A DNA stretch of 64,000 nucleotides from Candidatus Peregrinibacteria bacterium HGW-Peregrinibacteria-1 (GTDB lineage: Bacteria > Patescibacteriota > Gracilibacteria > UBA1369 > LOWO2-01-FULL-3), in assembly GCA_002839505.1 (NCBI GenBank), contig PGYE01000001.1, positions 459,995 through 523,994 on the forward strand. The letters are read 5' to 3'. The notes under the pieces were generated by a model that ran no database searches, was not told the DNA's origin, and saw nothing but the letters and a program-made list of their open reading frames with translations. Shown piece after piece: positions 29,546 through 41,507 of the stretch; position 1 is the stretch's first letter, and every line of letters starts with the position of its first letter. The position numbers and the translations under genes are program-made.

Positions 29546-29563
29546 TTCTTTTGTTTTTATGTT

Positions 29564-30526
29564 TTATGTCGAAGTTTGTGCTGGCTGCGCTACTGGTGGT
29601 GCCGGAGTATAGGAGGGTTCAGCTTCAGGCTCGGATGATACCGGTTCTGGAGTAGGCGGTGTAGCTTCAGGAGCCACAGCGGCCTCAGATTCCGCCGGAG
29701 TAGCTGCAGCCACAGGTATTTTGGTTTTATTTTCAAAAATAGCGGCAATCGACAACGGTCCTTTGGCAACTTTACCTAGCTCGACCGTAATGACTCCCTT
29801 ACCAGGGAAATAACCCCTCACCATCTTTCCATCACCAGTCGCGACAAAAACCAACTGATAAGTGTTTTCCATAAACTCCTTAATTTCTTTACTTCCCTTA
29901 AGACCCTTCCAGCCCTCCATCTGATTCACAATAAAAGTCGTCCCCTCAGGAAAACTCTTCCTACTCGTAATCATCATCATCTGGACCATATCGTCTTTCA
30001 TATCGAAAGCCTCACTACCATCAGCATTTTTTTCATTTTTCAACTTTGCCGCAAACTCTAAACTACTTCCGGTACTTCCAATATTATTAAGACCCAACAA
30101 ACGCCCCGCTACTTTTAACGATAGATATTCATGTTTTTGTGACTCATGTTCACCCTCAACTCCTTCCATCGCAATAAATTCATCCTCAATTATTTGCTGT
30201 ATCTTTTCCTTTGATACCTGCACCCTATCCTCAAATACCAAATCCCCATACTGCTCCTCAATCGACTTCTTCATCGCACCGGGAATCATTTTACTAACAA
30301 ACAGCGAAAACATCGTCGCCAAACCCATCGCCTTCTCAATGAATTTCTCCCATTTAGATTGTGACTCCGGATCGTCGGCAAAAGCCTCCGCCCCCGCCTT
30401 TTTAGCTGTATCAAGCTCTTCTGGTGTTGTAGTTAAACCACTATCAACTTCTGTCCGCACCGCACCTCTCGTATCTGGATTATTTGGCGCACTCTCTGGT
30501 TGTCTTGGAACTTCTGGAGGAGTCAT
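29564..30526 (-). CDS. hypothetical protein with disordered Pro/Ala/Glu-rich termini and one hydrophobic segment
   Basis: 320 aa. Hydrophobic stretch AMGLATMFSLFVSKMIPGAM. No recognisable catalytic motif. Confidence 0.5.
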   Translation of the reverse strand: MTPPEVPRQPESAPNNPDTRGAVRTEVDSGLTTTPEELDTAKKAGAEAFADDPESQSKWEKFIEKAMGLATMFSLFVSKMIPGAMKKSIEEQYGDLVFEDRVQVSKEKIQQIIEDEFIAMEGVEGEHESQKHEYLSLKVAGRLLGLNNIGSTGSSLEFAAKLKNEKNADGSEAFDMKDDMVQMMMITSRKSFPEGTTFIVNQMEGWKGLKGSKEIKEFMENTYQLVFVATGDGKMVRGYFPGKGVITVELGKVAKGPLSIAAIFENKTKIPVAAATPAESEAAVAPEATPPTPEPVSSEPEAEPSYTPAPPVAQPAQTST

Positions 30527-30543
30527 AAGATTAATTAATTTAT

Positions 30544-33016
<2,473 letters not shown>

Positions 33017-33044
33017 GTTACCGCCACATAAATACTAAAAATGC

Positions 33045-33073
33045 TTGTGCTACAAACAACTTTCGACCATAAT
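33045..33073 (+). promoter_or_regulatory. candidate sigma-70 promoter for the DUF378 gene
   Basis: TTGTGC (33045-33050), 17-nt spacer, CATAAT (33068-33073). Confidence 0.35.
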
Positions 33074-33107
33074 GGCGACATATTCATAATATTTAACCTT
33101 ATTCCAT

Positions 33108-33350
33108 ATGATGAATCATTGTAAGCACGGGTGGTTTCACACCTTAGCAATGGTACTAACTGTCGTAGGAGCCCTAAACTGGGGTCTTTTCGGAGCTGGT
33201 ATGCTTGCTAAGACAGAAACAAACCTCAACCTAGTTAATCTACTAGTTGGTACATGGCCAACTGTCGAAGCTGTAGTTTACCTATTAGTAGGTCTCTCCG
33301 CAGTTGTAGTACTACTTTCTTGCATGAAAGGATCTTGTAAAGAAGCATAA
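33108..33350 (+). CDS. DUF378-family small membrane protein
   Basis: 80 aa with two TM helices and the family-typical VGALNWGLFG motif. Confidence 0.65.
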   Translation: MMNHCKHGWFHTLAMVLTVVGALNWGLFGAGMLAKTETNLNLVNLLVGTWPTVEAVVYLLVGLSAVVVLLSCMKGSCKEA

Positions 33351-33385
33351 ATTACTTACTCTCCTCAAAACACAAAAACAAAATT

Positions 33386-33414
33386 AAGCGCAGCCTAAAA
33401 AGTTGCGCTTTTTC
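33386..33414 (+). terminator. rho-independent terminator after the DUF378 gene
   Basis: Stem aagcgca pairs with tgcgctt, ~11-nt loop, followed by a T-run (33409-33413). Confidence 0.6.
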
Positions 33415-33422
33415 TATACTTT

Positions 33423-33757
33423 GGCACTATTACTTATTTTGCGTCATTGCGATTACAGGTGGGCAATCTTATTATGATTGGGCGTATCGGAGCCTTTGCG
33501 GGCCGGTGCCTCTTGTTAAGACTAATTTTGGCTAATCTTCGGCCAATACTTATTTTGCGTCATTGTGATTAAGTCGAGCGATCATGTATCGCGAGACATG
33601 GGCAAGGCGTACATGCTAGCCGTAGCCCACTTAATCGCTGAAAGCAAAAAAGTATGACGAAGATTAGCAGCTTAAACATAATTGACACCGTCCCAAACAG
33701 AATAATATTGCCACCTATATAATCGCTGAAAGCCAAAAGGTATGGTGAAGATTGCCC
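33423..33757. repeat. cluster of about five copies of a ~40-nt repeat unit (three forward, two reverse) in a non-coding region
   Basis: Forward copies at 33423-33455, 33461-~33495 (degenerate) and 33531-33573 (gctaatcttcggccaatacttattttgcgtcattgtgattaag). Reverse copies at 33631-33668 (taatcgctgaaagcaaaaaagtatgacgaagattagc) and 33720-33757 (taatcgctgaaagccaaaaggtatggtgaagattgccc). Confidence 0.7.
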
Positions 33758-33770
33758 CAACATCTCTCTT

Positions 33771-33799
33771 TTGATAAATCCAGACAATTGTGTTATAAT
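33771..33799 (+). promoter_or_regulatory. strong extended -10 sigma-70 promoter for the giant beta-helix gene
   Basis: TTGATA (33771-33776), 17-nt spacer ending in TGT, TATAAT (33794-33799). This is a near-consensus TTGACA-17-TGnTATAAT. Confidence 0.65.
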
Positions 33800-33827
33800 G
33801 CCAAGATTAATCAAAAAACACAAAAGT

Positions 33828-36800
33828 ATGATCTCACTTATCACATATCTCAAAGCCTCAAAAAAGCTAACCTCCGCGTTACTGCTGATTGCGCTTCTCT
33901 CTCAGACTATCTTCGCAATTAATTTTGTTGTCGACTCTGATGATGATGAAGGAGACGCTGGGATCAACGCGATATGTGCCACTTCAAAAGCTGAATGTAC
34001 GCTGCGAGCCGCAATTGAAGAAGCCAACGCGCAAAAAGCTGAATCTCACAACATCACCCTTGCGCCTGGCACCTACAACTCTATTGCCCTTAGTGAGCTT
34101 CCGGCCATCATCAGCCCCGACCTGGTTATTGATTTTTCCGCTGGAGATTTCACGCTTGATGGCAATGGATTAAACGGAAACGGACTAAAAATCAATGCTC
34201 CCAATGTCACCGTAAGAGGACTGAATATTGAGGGGTTCCAACAGGCCGGAATAGTGGTAAACAATGATGCAACTACAGGGGAAGACCCCAGTAACGACAA
34301 TGTCACCATCGACTCCAATACAATCTATGACAACGGTACAAATGTACTCGTCTCAGAGGTAACTGGAACCAATATCACAGGCAATAAAATCGGACTAAAA
34401 CCCGATGACACAGCACAAAATGTCGCTAGCACCAGTGGTGTTCTTATAGAAGGTAAAGATACCACCATCGATGGCAATACGATCTCTGGAAATGTTAATG
34501 GAATAACCATAAATGATCCCGCCCAAGATGTAATAATCACCAATAACCTAATCGGAACAGACAGTGCCGGGCAAGAAGATCGCGGTAACCAAGGACATGG
34601 AATCAATATTGATGCCAATAGTACACATGACTTTAATCTACTTGCCGGTAGTGGACACATCGGAATAGATATCTCCAATAATACCATTGCCCACAACGAC
34701 ACTAACGGAATCAGCATCACCGGTGATCCTGCGGCCACCATCAATGGTACCTTCAAAATTGAGGGCAACAACATCGGAGTGCTTCCCGATGGTACCACGG
34801 CTGCTGCAAACCAAGGAGATGGTATCGCCGTATCCGATAATATGGATGTCAACAATACCGAAATTCAAGTCCTAACTAATAAAGTTTCTAATAATGATGG
34901 ATCTGGCATTAATATCAATTCTGGTGATCATGCCAATCTTTCTTCCAACAATATCCAATACAATCAACAACACGGAATCAACCTACAAACAAACTCTGCA
35001 GATATCATTGATAATATTGTGGCCAATAACCAGACTCAAGGAGTCACCGTCAACACTACCGGTAATCTTCTAGCCACAGATAACAGAATCCGCGACAATT
35101 TTGGTAACGGAATCACCGTAACCGCAGTAGGTAGTGCTACCCTTAATATAAACACTATTGAAGACAACAAAGATGCCGGAATAAGCATTCTATCTAGTGG
35201 CTCGGCCAGCATCAACAACAACACCGTGACTGGACAAGATCAAGGCGGAATCAGCGTTATATCTATTGGTGCCGTCTCTGCAACCGGCAACCAATCCTCT
35301 AACAATGGCGGATCTGGATTCTTCACCTCCGGTACTGATGTTACCCTCACTAATAACACCTTCCACCAAAATGGCGGACATGGCTTGCAAGTAACAGCTA
35401 CCGGAATAGCCAGCATAATAAATAACATTGTCACATCCAACACCGGCTCTGGAGGACTGATATCCATGGCGGCCTCAGCTATAGTCCAAGGAAACCGAGC
35501 CGTCAACAACCAGCTTTTCGGAATATCACTCTTTGGAAATCTCATTTCCGGAGCTACCGACATCAGCAACAATACAGTTGGTGGGAATAGCCTAAGTGGA
35601 ATAAAAGTTACTGGTATATCCGGTCCTACCACAATTAGCAGCAACCGCATCGGATTAGACAACAACCTCCAAACCTCCATACCGAATCAAGGATCAGGAA
35701 TCGACTTCACCGCAACAGTCACCGATGACGACAGCGAAACTTTACTACTAAGAGACAACTACATTGCCAACAACAATAACCATGGAATTATCATCAATGG
35801 TGAAGGCACTAAAACATCACCGATATCAATACTTGGAAACATAATTGGACTATCTCAAGATCTGGACACTTTATTTACCGTTGCCGCGGGGAATCAAGGG
35901 GCCGGAATTAATATCGACAATGTTGCCGGGCAAATCACAATTGGTACTTCCGCACTATTAGATCGCAATATCATTGCCTCTAACGCCGGAGGTGGAATCC
36001 TACTAGACCAAGTAGCCAATGCCGACATCTCAAACAACTACATCGGAACTGATCAAAACGGAACACTTGAACGAGGAAATGGCTCAGCTTTATTCTCCAA
36101 CAACCTTATGAATATGGGTGGTATCATGCTAACCAGTATCCTATCTGCCGCACCAACCTCAACGATTAATATTGGCGGAGACAACAATGATAACCTGATT
36201 ACCAACAATTTTGGACAAGGAATCTTCATCGGAGAAGCTGACGGACTTGACATCTCCCATAACCGCATTAGAAACAACAAGGCCGGTACCGGTTCTTACA
36301 ATCTATTACGACTACCAACCTCATCCAGCTACATCCCGACACGCATCAATGGCGCCGGAATCATTATCGGAAACCTCAACGAGAATAGTATTCATGGGGC
36401 TTCAATCAGTGACAATGTCTTAGAATCAAATGATGGTGGCGGATTGATAGTTACCACATATATCGACAACGGAACAAATCCGCCCCCCGCCGCCCCCCTC
36501 GCTAAAGCCAACGCCAAGCAAGACTGGACCGGCGGCGGAATCTTTGCCAATTACTTCGGCACACTCGATGACCAAACGCCCGCTAACAACGGAGGTTACA
36601 ACATCTACATCAACGACTTCTACGAGCAGTTTATCGCCAGCATGACGATTGGCAACAACACCACAGGTCAAAACACGATCAACAATCAACAAAACACCGG
36701 AATAACTTTCGTCAACATCGACGACGAATCATTTGACGATCCGCAAAATAGCATTGCACATCTCACCGACAACAATGACTTCACATTCCAACTTTGCCCA

Positions 36801-38117
36801 GCTGTACCATTCTGGGAACAATGGACAAACGGTACCCGCACAGGCTTTGATCAACAATTATGCCCAGAACCACCGCCACAACCACAAGCCAGCGGCAGCT
36901 CCGGAATTGATATTGCCGTCATCACCGCCCAACAACCCGAGACCCCATCTGAAAATACCGAGACTCCTACCGAAACCGACAATGAACCCACCGCTCCTGA
37001 AACCCCGGAAACCCCTGAGACAGATACAACAACACCCGACACCACAACACCCGACTCACCTCAATCAAACCCAACCGGACAAACCTCCGGCTCCCAGGCC
37101 AACAACATAATGTTAGCACTGGCCAACTTCCAAGCTCCTCCTGTCATCATCACCGAACCCACGGCAACCGCCAAAGAATTATCAGCATCATTCGCTTCAG
37201 GTACAGTCACTCCCGAACTTCAAGAATCCTTCGATCAATGGGTAAATGCACTCGACCTTACTACGCCCAAAACAGTTTACCAAGGAGGCCAAATATATGA
37301 AATCAATGAGAACACAGATCTCACCATCTCACTCGATAAAAACACCAAAGCATCCGCTCCAAATGATGTTGTCATCACACCCTCAACAGTAAACGATGAA
37401 GGTACCGCACTTCTGTATTACCTTACTCAAGGTTTGGATCCCTTCACACCGGACGCCAATCAAAACGGCTATAGCGATGACCAAGACCTTTTCTGGCACA
37501 TCAACCCTGCCAACGACACCAATATTGAAGAATTAATTGCCCAAGGTCCACAAGTGACCAATCTTAGATCAATTCAAGGAATGCCAGTTGCCGTCAGCAG
37601 TCCGCAAGATGACAACCTCTTAACATTCCGTCTCTTGGGAGAATCAAGAGAACATGAGGTGATTATTTACCGCAAAGATGGCGAAGAAATTGCAGAGATA
37701 TCACGCGAAACCACAACAATCGAAGAAAACAAAGGTGAATACTCCACCCAATCCCCATTGGATAACGGCCAATACTACATTGTCATCAACGACCCACAGA
37801 CACGAAAATTCAATATCCATGAGTTTTCCGTCGTTGCTGAATCTCAAGCAACTTTTGCCCCAATCAACATCACCGGAAGCGAACAACAGATGATTAGCGG
37901 ACGAAGTGATACACCGGGTTCATTGGTCTTCATCACCTGGAAGAGCGTCATCCTTTCTTCAGTCGTCATTGCTGATGCCAACGGAGAATTTGAATTGCCG
38001 GTCCCTCCAAGACTACCCACCGGAAATCACCAAGCCATCGCCTATACCTATAATGAAAATTACGAAAACAGCTCATCTTTCATGAGCAACATCAGCCGAC
38101 TATTATTTAGAAGATAG
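33828..38117 (+). CDS. very large secreted protein with many right-handed parallel beta-helix (PbH1/NosD-like) repeats, a T/P/E-rich linker and Ig-like C-terminal domains; putative adhesin or surface enzyme
   Basis: Signal peptide (SALLLIALLSQTIFA). Dozens of about 22-aa repeats of the type N.I..N...GI.I (ISGNVNGITIND, IAHNDTNGISITG, VSNNDGSGININS, IQYNQQHGINLQT). The start is set to the ATG at 33828 because the promoter occupies the earlier in-frame starts. Confidence 0.8.
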   Translation: MISLITYLKASKKLTSALLLIALLSQTIFAINFVVDSDDDEGDAGINAICATSKAECTLRAAIEEANAQKAESHNITLAPGTYNSIALSELPAIISPDLVIDFSAGDFTLDGNGLNGNGLKINAPNVTVRGLNIEGFQQAGIVVNNDATTGEDPSNDNVTIDSNTIYDNGTNVLVSEVTGTNITGNKIGLKPDDTAQNVASTSGVLIEGKDTTIDGNTISGNVNGITINDPAQDVIITNNLIGTDSAGQEDRGNQGHGINIDANSTHDFNLLAGSGHIGIDISNNTIAHNDTNGISITGDPAATINGTFKIEGNNIGVLPDGTTAAANQGDGIAVSDNMDVNNTEIQVLTNKVSNNDGSGININSGDHANLSSNNIQYNQQHGINLQTNSADIIDNIVANNQTQGVTVNTTGNLLATDNRIRDNFGNGITVTAVGSATLNINTIEDNKDAGISILSSGSASINNNTVTGQDQGGISVISIGAVSATGNQSSNNGGSGFFTSGTDVTLTNNTFHQNGGHGLQVTATGIASIINNIVTSNTGSGGLISMAASAIVQGNRAVNNQLFGISLFGNLISGATDISNNTVGGNSLSGIKVTGISGPTTISSNRIGLDNNLQTSIPNQGSGIDFTATVTDDDSETLLLRDNYIANNNNHGIIINGEGTKTSPISILGNIIGLSQDLDTLFTVAAGNQGAGINIDNVAGQITIGTSALLDRNIIASNAGGGILLDQVANADISNNYIGTDQNGTLERGNGSALFSNNLMNMGGIMLTSILSAAPTSTINIGGDNNDNLITNNFGQGIFIGEADGLDISHNRIRNNKAGTGSYNLLRLPTSSSYIPTRINGAGIIIGNLNENSIHGASISDNVLESNDGGGLIVTTYIDNGTNPPPAAPLAKANAKQDWTGGGIFANYFGTLDDQTPANNGGYNIYINDFYEQFIASMTIGNNTTGQNTINNQQNTGITFVNIDDESFDDPQNSIAHLTDNNDFTFQLCPAVPFWEQWTNGTRTGFDQQLCPEPPPQPQASGSSGIDIAVITAQQPETPSENTETPTETDNEPTAPETPETPETDTTTPDTTTPDSPQSNPTGQTSGSQANNIMLALANFQAPPVIITEPTATAKELSASFASGTVTPELQESFDQWVNALDLTTPKTVYQGGQIYEINENTDLTISLDKNTKASAPNDVVITPSTVNDEGTALLYYLTQGLDPFTPDANQNGYSDDQDLFWHINPANDTNIEELIAQGPQVTNLRSIQGMPVAVSSPQDDNLLTFRLLGESREHEVIIYRKDGEEIAEISRETTTIEENKGEYSTQSPLDNGQYYIVINDPQTRKFNIHEFSVVAESQATFAPINITGSEQQMISGRSDTPGSLVFITWKSVILSSVVIADANGEFELPVPPRLPTGNHQAIAYTYNENYENSSSFMSNISRLLFRR

Positions 38118-38121
38118 GGGA

Positions 38122-39696
38122 CTAATTGACCACCTCACCACCAAACATATCCAACGCCAGATCCACAGAATCTGATGAAGATTTTTCCTGATTCTCACTA
38201 TATGGCACCCGAGGACTTTCACTAGGCTCAATCCTCTGGAAATCTCTCGCCTTTTCGATCAGTGTAAACTGAACTCTCAACACCCAGCCCTTTGATTTTT
38301 GAATCGCCGCCTCCAAATCTCGTACTCCCGAACTCACCTTCTCAAGATGAAAAGTCGAATTCACACCTATTTTCAAGATACCGTCCTCGACCGACAAGAC
38401 ATCCAAAGTCTTAATCGACATTTTCAAAGATGGCGTCACCACACTATCCGCAATCAGCGTCCACGACCTTCGCACCTCATCCAAACTTGGAACATCCGCA
38501 CCCTTCGCCGCATGGCCACTACTAACCTTGACCTCTAGACGAGGCTCCTCTTTAACTGTTTTTTCAACCGGTTTTACCCTCTTCGCCACCGCCGCCGTGA
38601 TGACTCTTTCCTTCAAAACAGCATCCTTCACCGGCGGCCTCCCAGCATCCTTCACCGGCGGCCTCCCGACACTAACCCCTTCCCCACAAGCCTTAACCAC
38701 CATTATTTCCAAAGGCAACTGCACGATACTAGTTTTACCAAACATCTGCCCAGCATCGATCGCCAAATCTATAATCTCCATGATTCTCAAAATATCGCCA
38801 CCCCCAGCATTCACCGACTCCAAAAGCATATCCCGCCCCACCTCAATAAAATCTTTCAAAAACTGCCTCAAATCCGTCCCTTCCTCATACAACGCCCCCA
38901 CAAACTCCATTGCCTCCGCCATATTTCTGCCAAGCAGCAGATCCATCATCTTTTTACACTCCCGAAAATCACTGATCCCCAAATTATCGCGCACCAAACT
39001 AACCGTGATCTTCCCTACAACCGCCAGTTTTTCCAAAGCCACCAACGCATCTCGCATCCCTCCGTTCACAAATCTCGCAATCATCTCCAGCGCCTCAATC
39101 TCAAATTCAAATCCCTCACTTTCCGCCACCACCTTCAACCGATCCCTAATATCATCATTTCCAATCCGCTTAAAATCAAAACGCTGACATCGAGACAAAA
39201 TAGTCTCCGGAATCTTATGGATCTCCGTTGTCGCCAAAATGAAATACACATACTCCGGCGGCTCCTCCAGAGTCTTCAGTAGAGCATTAAACGCCCCCTT
39301 AGACATCATATGGACCTCATCCACGATGTAGACCTTATATTTTGACCTCGTCGGCGCAAAATTGATCTTATCCACAAGATCTCTCACATGATCGACCCCA
39401 TTATTCGAAGCCGCATCAATCTCCACCACATCCATCAAATTACCTTTTGCTATATCCACACAAAATTCACACTTATCACATGGACTAAAGCCATCCACCA
39501 AAGCCTCACAATTCAACGCCTTCGCAATCAATCGCGCCGTTGAAGTCTTCCCGGTCCCTCTTGGCCCCGAAAACACATAAGCCTGAGCCAATTTGTTAAA
39601 CTGAATGGCATTCTTGATCGTCGTCTGTACTACATCTTGCCCCACCAGATTCTCAAAGTTTTCCGGCCGATATTTTCTATAAAGAGCAAGACTCAT
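38122..39696 (-). CDS. dnaX: DNA polymerase III subunit gamma/tau
   Basis: N-terminus MSLALYRKYRPENFENLVGQ, Walker A GPRGTGKTS, zinc module CDKCEFC, DEVHMMS, SRCQRFDF. Confidence 0.93.
   Translation of the reverse strand: MSLALYRKYRPENFENLVGQDVVQTTIKNAIQFNKLAQAYVFSGPRGTGKTSTARLIAKALNCEALVDGFSPCDKCEFCVDIAKGNLMDVVEIDAASNNGVDHVRDLVDKINFAPTRSKYKVYIVDEVHMMSKGAFNALLKTLEEPPEYVYFILATTEIHKIPETILSRCQRFDFKRIGNDDIRDRLKVVAESEGFEFEIEALEMIARFVNGGMRDALVALEKLAVVGKITVSLVRDNLGISDFRECKKMMDLLLGRNMAEAMEFVGALYEEGTDLRQFLKDFIEVGRDMLLESVNAGGGDILRIMEIIDLAIDAGQMFGKTSIVQLPLEIMVVKACGEGVSVGRPPVKDAGRPPVKDAVLKERVITAAVAKRVKPVEKTVKEEPRLEVKVSSGHAAKGADVPSLDEVRRSWTLIADSVVTPSLKMSIKTLDVLSVEDGILKIGVNSTFHLEKVSSGVRDLEAAIQKSKGWVLRVQFTLIEKARDFQRIEPSESPRVPYSENQEKSSSDSVDLALDMFGGEVVN
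38621..38668 (-). repeat. perfect-but-one 24-bp tandem duplication inside dnaX
   Basis: gcatccttcaccggcggcctccca (38621-38644) is followed by gcatccttcaccggcggcctcccg (38645-38668). It encodes GRPPVKDA twice, in frame. Confidence 0.95.
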
Positions 39697-39784
39697 GATT
39701 TAATATTCTATTAACTTATTGGAAGCCGATACTAACACACCGCCTATCGATGCTCCACCAAAAACACTCGACACCCACCCATCT

Positions 39785-40870
39785 CTATTTTCCAAGAATG
39801 GTTTTCATCTTTTCCACAAACACATCACTTGAAAACTCCTCCGCCCTCTTACGGATTCTCCCCGCATCATAATACTTTGAATTGTAAATTAACCTCGCCA
39901 GACCATCCTCCATCGCCTTCACCGTAGGCTCATAGAAAAATTCTCCTGTCTCACCCTCAATCACCGTTTCCAGCACACCACCCTTACCATAAGCCAATAC
40001 CGGCTTACCTGCTGCCATCGCCTCCACCGGCGTAATTCCAAAATCCTCCTCTCCGGGAAAAATCAAAGCTCGGCAATTCTGCATATACTCCACCACCATT
40101 TCATCCTCCTTAAATCCCAAGAACTCCACATTTTCATTTGCTATTCCCTCCAAATAAAACCTATGCGGACCATCACCGATCACCACAAGCCTCTTCCCCA
40201 AGCGCGAAAACAGCTCCACCGCCAAATCAATCTTCTTATAGGGAGTCAAAGTCGAAACTATCAAAAAATAATCTTCCGAATTTTTCGAAATCTGAAACCT
40301 ATCCACATCAACAGGCGGATAAACCACCTCACTTTCCTGTCGATAATACTTTTTTATCCTTCGTGCCACATTATTAGAATTCGCGACATACAAATCCGGC
40401 CTATCCGCTGCCACCATATCCCACATTCTAATCTTCTTTAAAATCCTCTGATAAAACCACAACTTCAATCCGCTGATTCCATTTTCACTTTTATACTCGT
40501 TCGCCCAATCCCAAGCATATCTCATTGGAGAATGGCAATAACACACATGCTTAGTATCAATCCCCGTAATAATCCCGTGTGCAAAAGCCGTATTTGAACT
40601 AATAACCACATCAAACTCACTAAAATCGAACTCCTCAATCACCCTTGGCAACCATCCCAAAAAATAACGATACCGCTTACGCAAAAACTTTGGCAACTTC
40701 TGCAGCCGTGATGTCCTAATTTTTTCCATCGGGAAAACATCTCCCACCCTTTCATGATCATAAAACATCGTATAAATCGGCGCCTCCGGAAACATTCGCA
40801 TCAGATTTTCAAGTACTCGCTCCGCCCCCCCCAGCTTAACCAAAAAGTCATGTACTATCGCAACTTTCAT
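39785..40870 (-). CDS. GT4-family (group 1) glycosyltransferase
   Basis: C-terminal GT-B donor-binding motif EDFGITPVEAMAAGKPVLA..GGVLETV. Confidence 0.85.
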   Translation of the reverse strand: MKVAIVHDFLVKLGGAERVLENLMRMFPEAPIYTMFYDHERVGDVFPMEKIRTSRLQKLPKFLRKRYRYFLGWLPRVIEEFDFSEFDVVISSNTAFAHGIITGIDTKHVCYCHSPMRYAWDWANEYKSENGISGLKLWFYQRILKKIRMWDMVAADRPDLYVANSNNVARRIKKYYRQESEVVYPPVDVDRFQISKNSEDYFLIVSTLTPYKKIDLAVELFSRLGKRLVVIGDGPHRFYLEGIANENVEFLGFKEDEMVVEYMQNCRALIFPGEEDFGITPVEAMAAGKPVLAYGKGGVLETVIEGETGEFFYEPTVKAMEDGLARLIYNSKYYDAGRIRKRAEEFSSDVFVEKMKTILGK

Positions 40871-40930
40871 AAAATATAAATTACAACTATCAGCCTCAAA
40901 TCTACCAGTTTATCACCGATTAACATATAC

Positions 40931-40962
40931 AAAAAAAGCGAGCTGCCAATCGACAACTCGCC
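40931..40962 (-). terminator. candidate rho-independent terminator for the 40979..41464 gene
   Basis: On the minus strand, gcgagttg pairs with cagctcgc (8 bp including one G-U), followed by TTTTTTT. Confidence 0.5.
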
Positions 40963-40978
40963 TTTCAAGAAGAAAAAA

Positions 40979-41464
40979 TTATTGAACTTCCACCTCTACG
41001 GCAGCATCAACCTCTCCATCCAAAGCCGGTTCCATCTCTTCAGTCAATTCTGTTTCTTCGGTCATTTCTCCGTCCTCGGTTCCTTCTGTCTCTTCGCTAC
41101 CATCAACTTCTACCTCTACTTCAACATCAGTATCGTTGTCCAATGTAAATCCATCAAGAAGACCATTTGAACATTCAGCGATTCCAGCCTCAATTTCTTT
41201 CTCGAATTCAGGATCGTTCATGTATTTTTCGCTCAAAGTATCAAATAGAGCATCATCCTCTACATCAAAACCATAACCAGAATAAATTGCTTTAAACTCT
41301 GTTTCCAAAGCAGCAACATCTTTATTCATGCTGTCAGGGCTGAAAGCCAAACAAGCTGATTCGATTGTAGCATCACGGAAAGCATCTCTTTCACTCAACT
41401 TACCTGATCCGCATCCCGCAACAACTAGCGATAGTACACCTACGCTAACTAGAAACTTTTTCAT
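40979..41464 (-). CDS. lipoprotein with an acidic C-terminal tail, function unknown
   Basis: Signal peptide with lipobox LVVAGC. The C-terminus is rich in E/D/T/V. Confidence 0.6.
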   Translation of the reverse strand: MKKFLVSVGVLSLVVAGCGSGKLSERDAFRDATIESACLAFSPDSMNKDVAALETEFKAIYSGYGFDVEDDALFDTLSEKYMNDPEFEKEIEAGIAECSNGLLDGFTLDNDTDVEVEVEVDGSEETEGTEDGEMTEETELTEEMEPALDGEVDAAVEVEVQ

Positions 41465-41507
41465 ATTTAGTATGATTTAATAAAATAACAAAATGCAGTA
41501 TATACAT

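Noticed and set aside
33423-33757. CRISPR array, DGR template/variable repeat pair, or IS/omega-RNA end as explanations for the repeat cluster.
   Set aside because: The copies occur in both orientations with irregular spacing, which is not a direct-repeat/spacer array. Differences between copies are not adenine-specific. No cas, reverse transcriptase, tnpA or tnpB gene is present in the window.
33569-33853. 94-aa minus-strand ORF spanning the repeat cluster and the promoter.
   Set aside because: It runs through repeats and the consensus promoter, and overlaps the start of the beta-helix gene. It has no motifs.
38013-38024. LPTG near the C-terminus of the beta-helix protein (..PPRLPTGNHQ..) as a sortase sorting signal.
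   Set aside because: It is LPTG rather than LPXTG. It is followed by 30 polar residues with no hydrophobic segment.
38122-39696. Programmed -1 frameshift site in dnaX producing a short gamma subunit.
   Set aside because: I saw no A-AAA-AAG-type slippery heptamer in the coding strand. The nearest A-run reads a aaa aga. I could not exclude other mechanisms.
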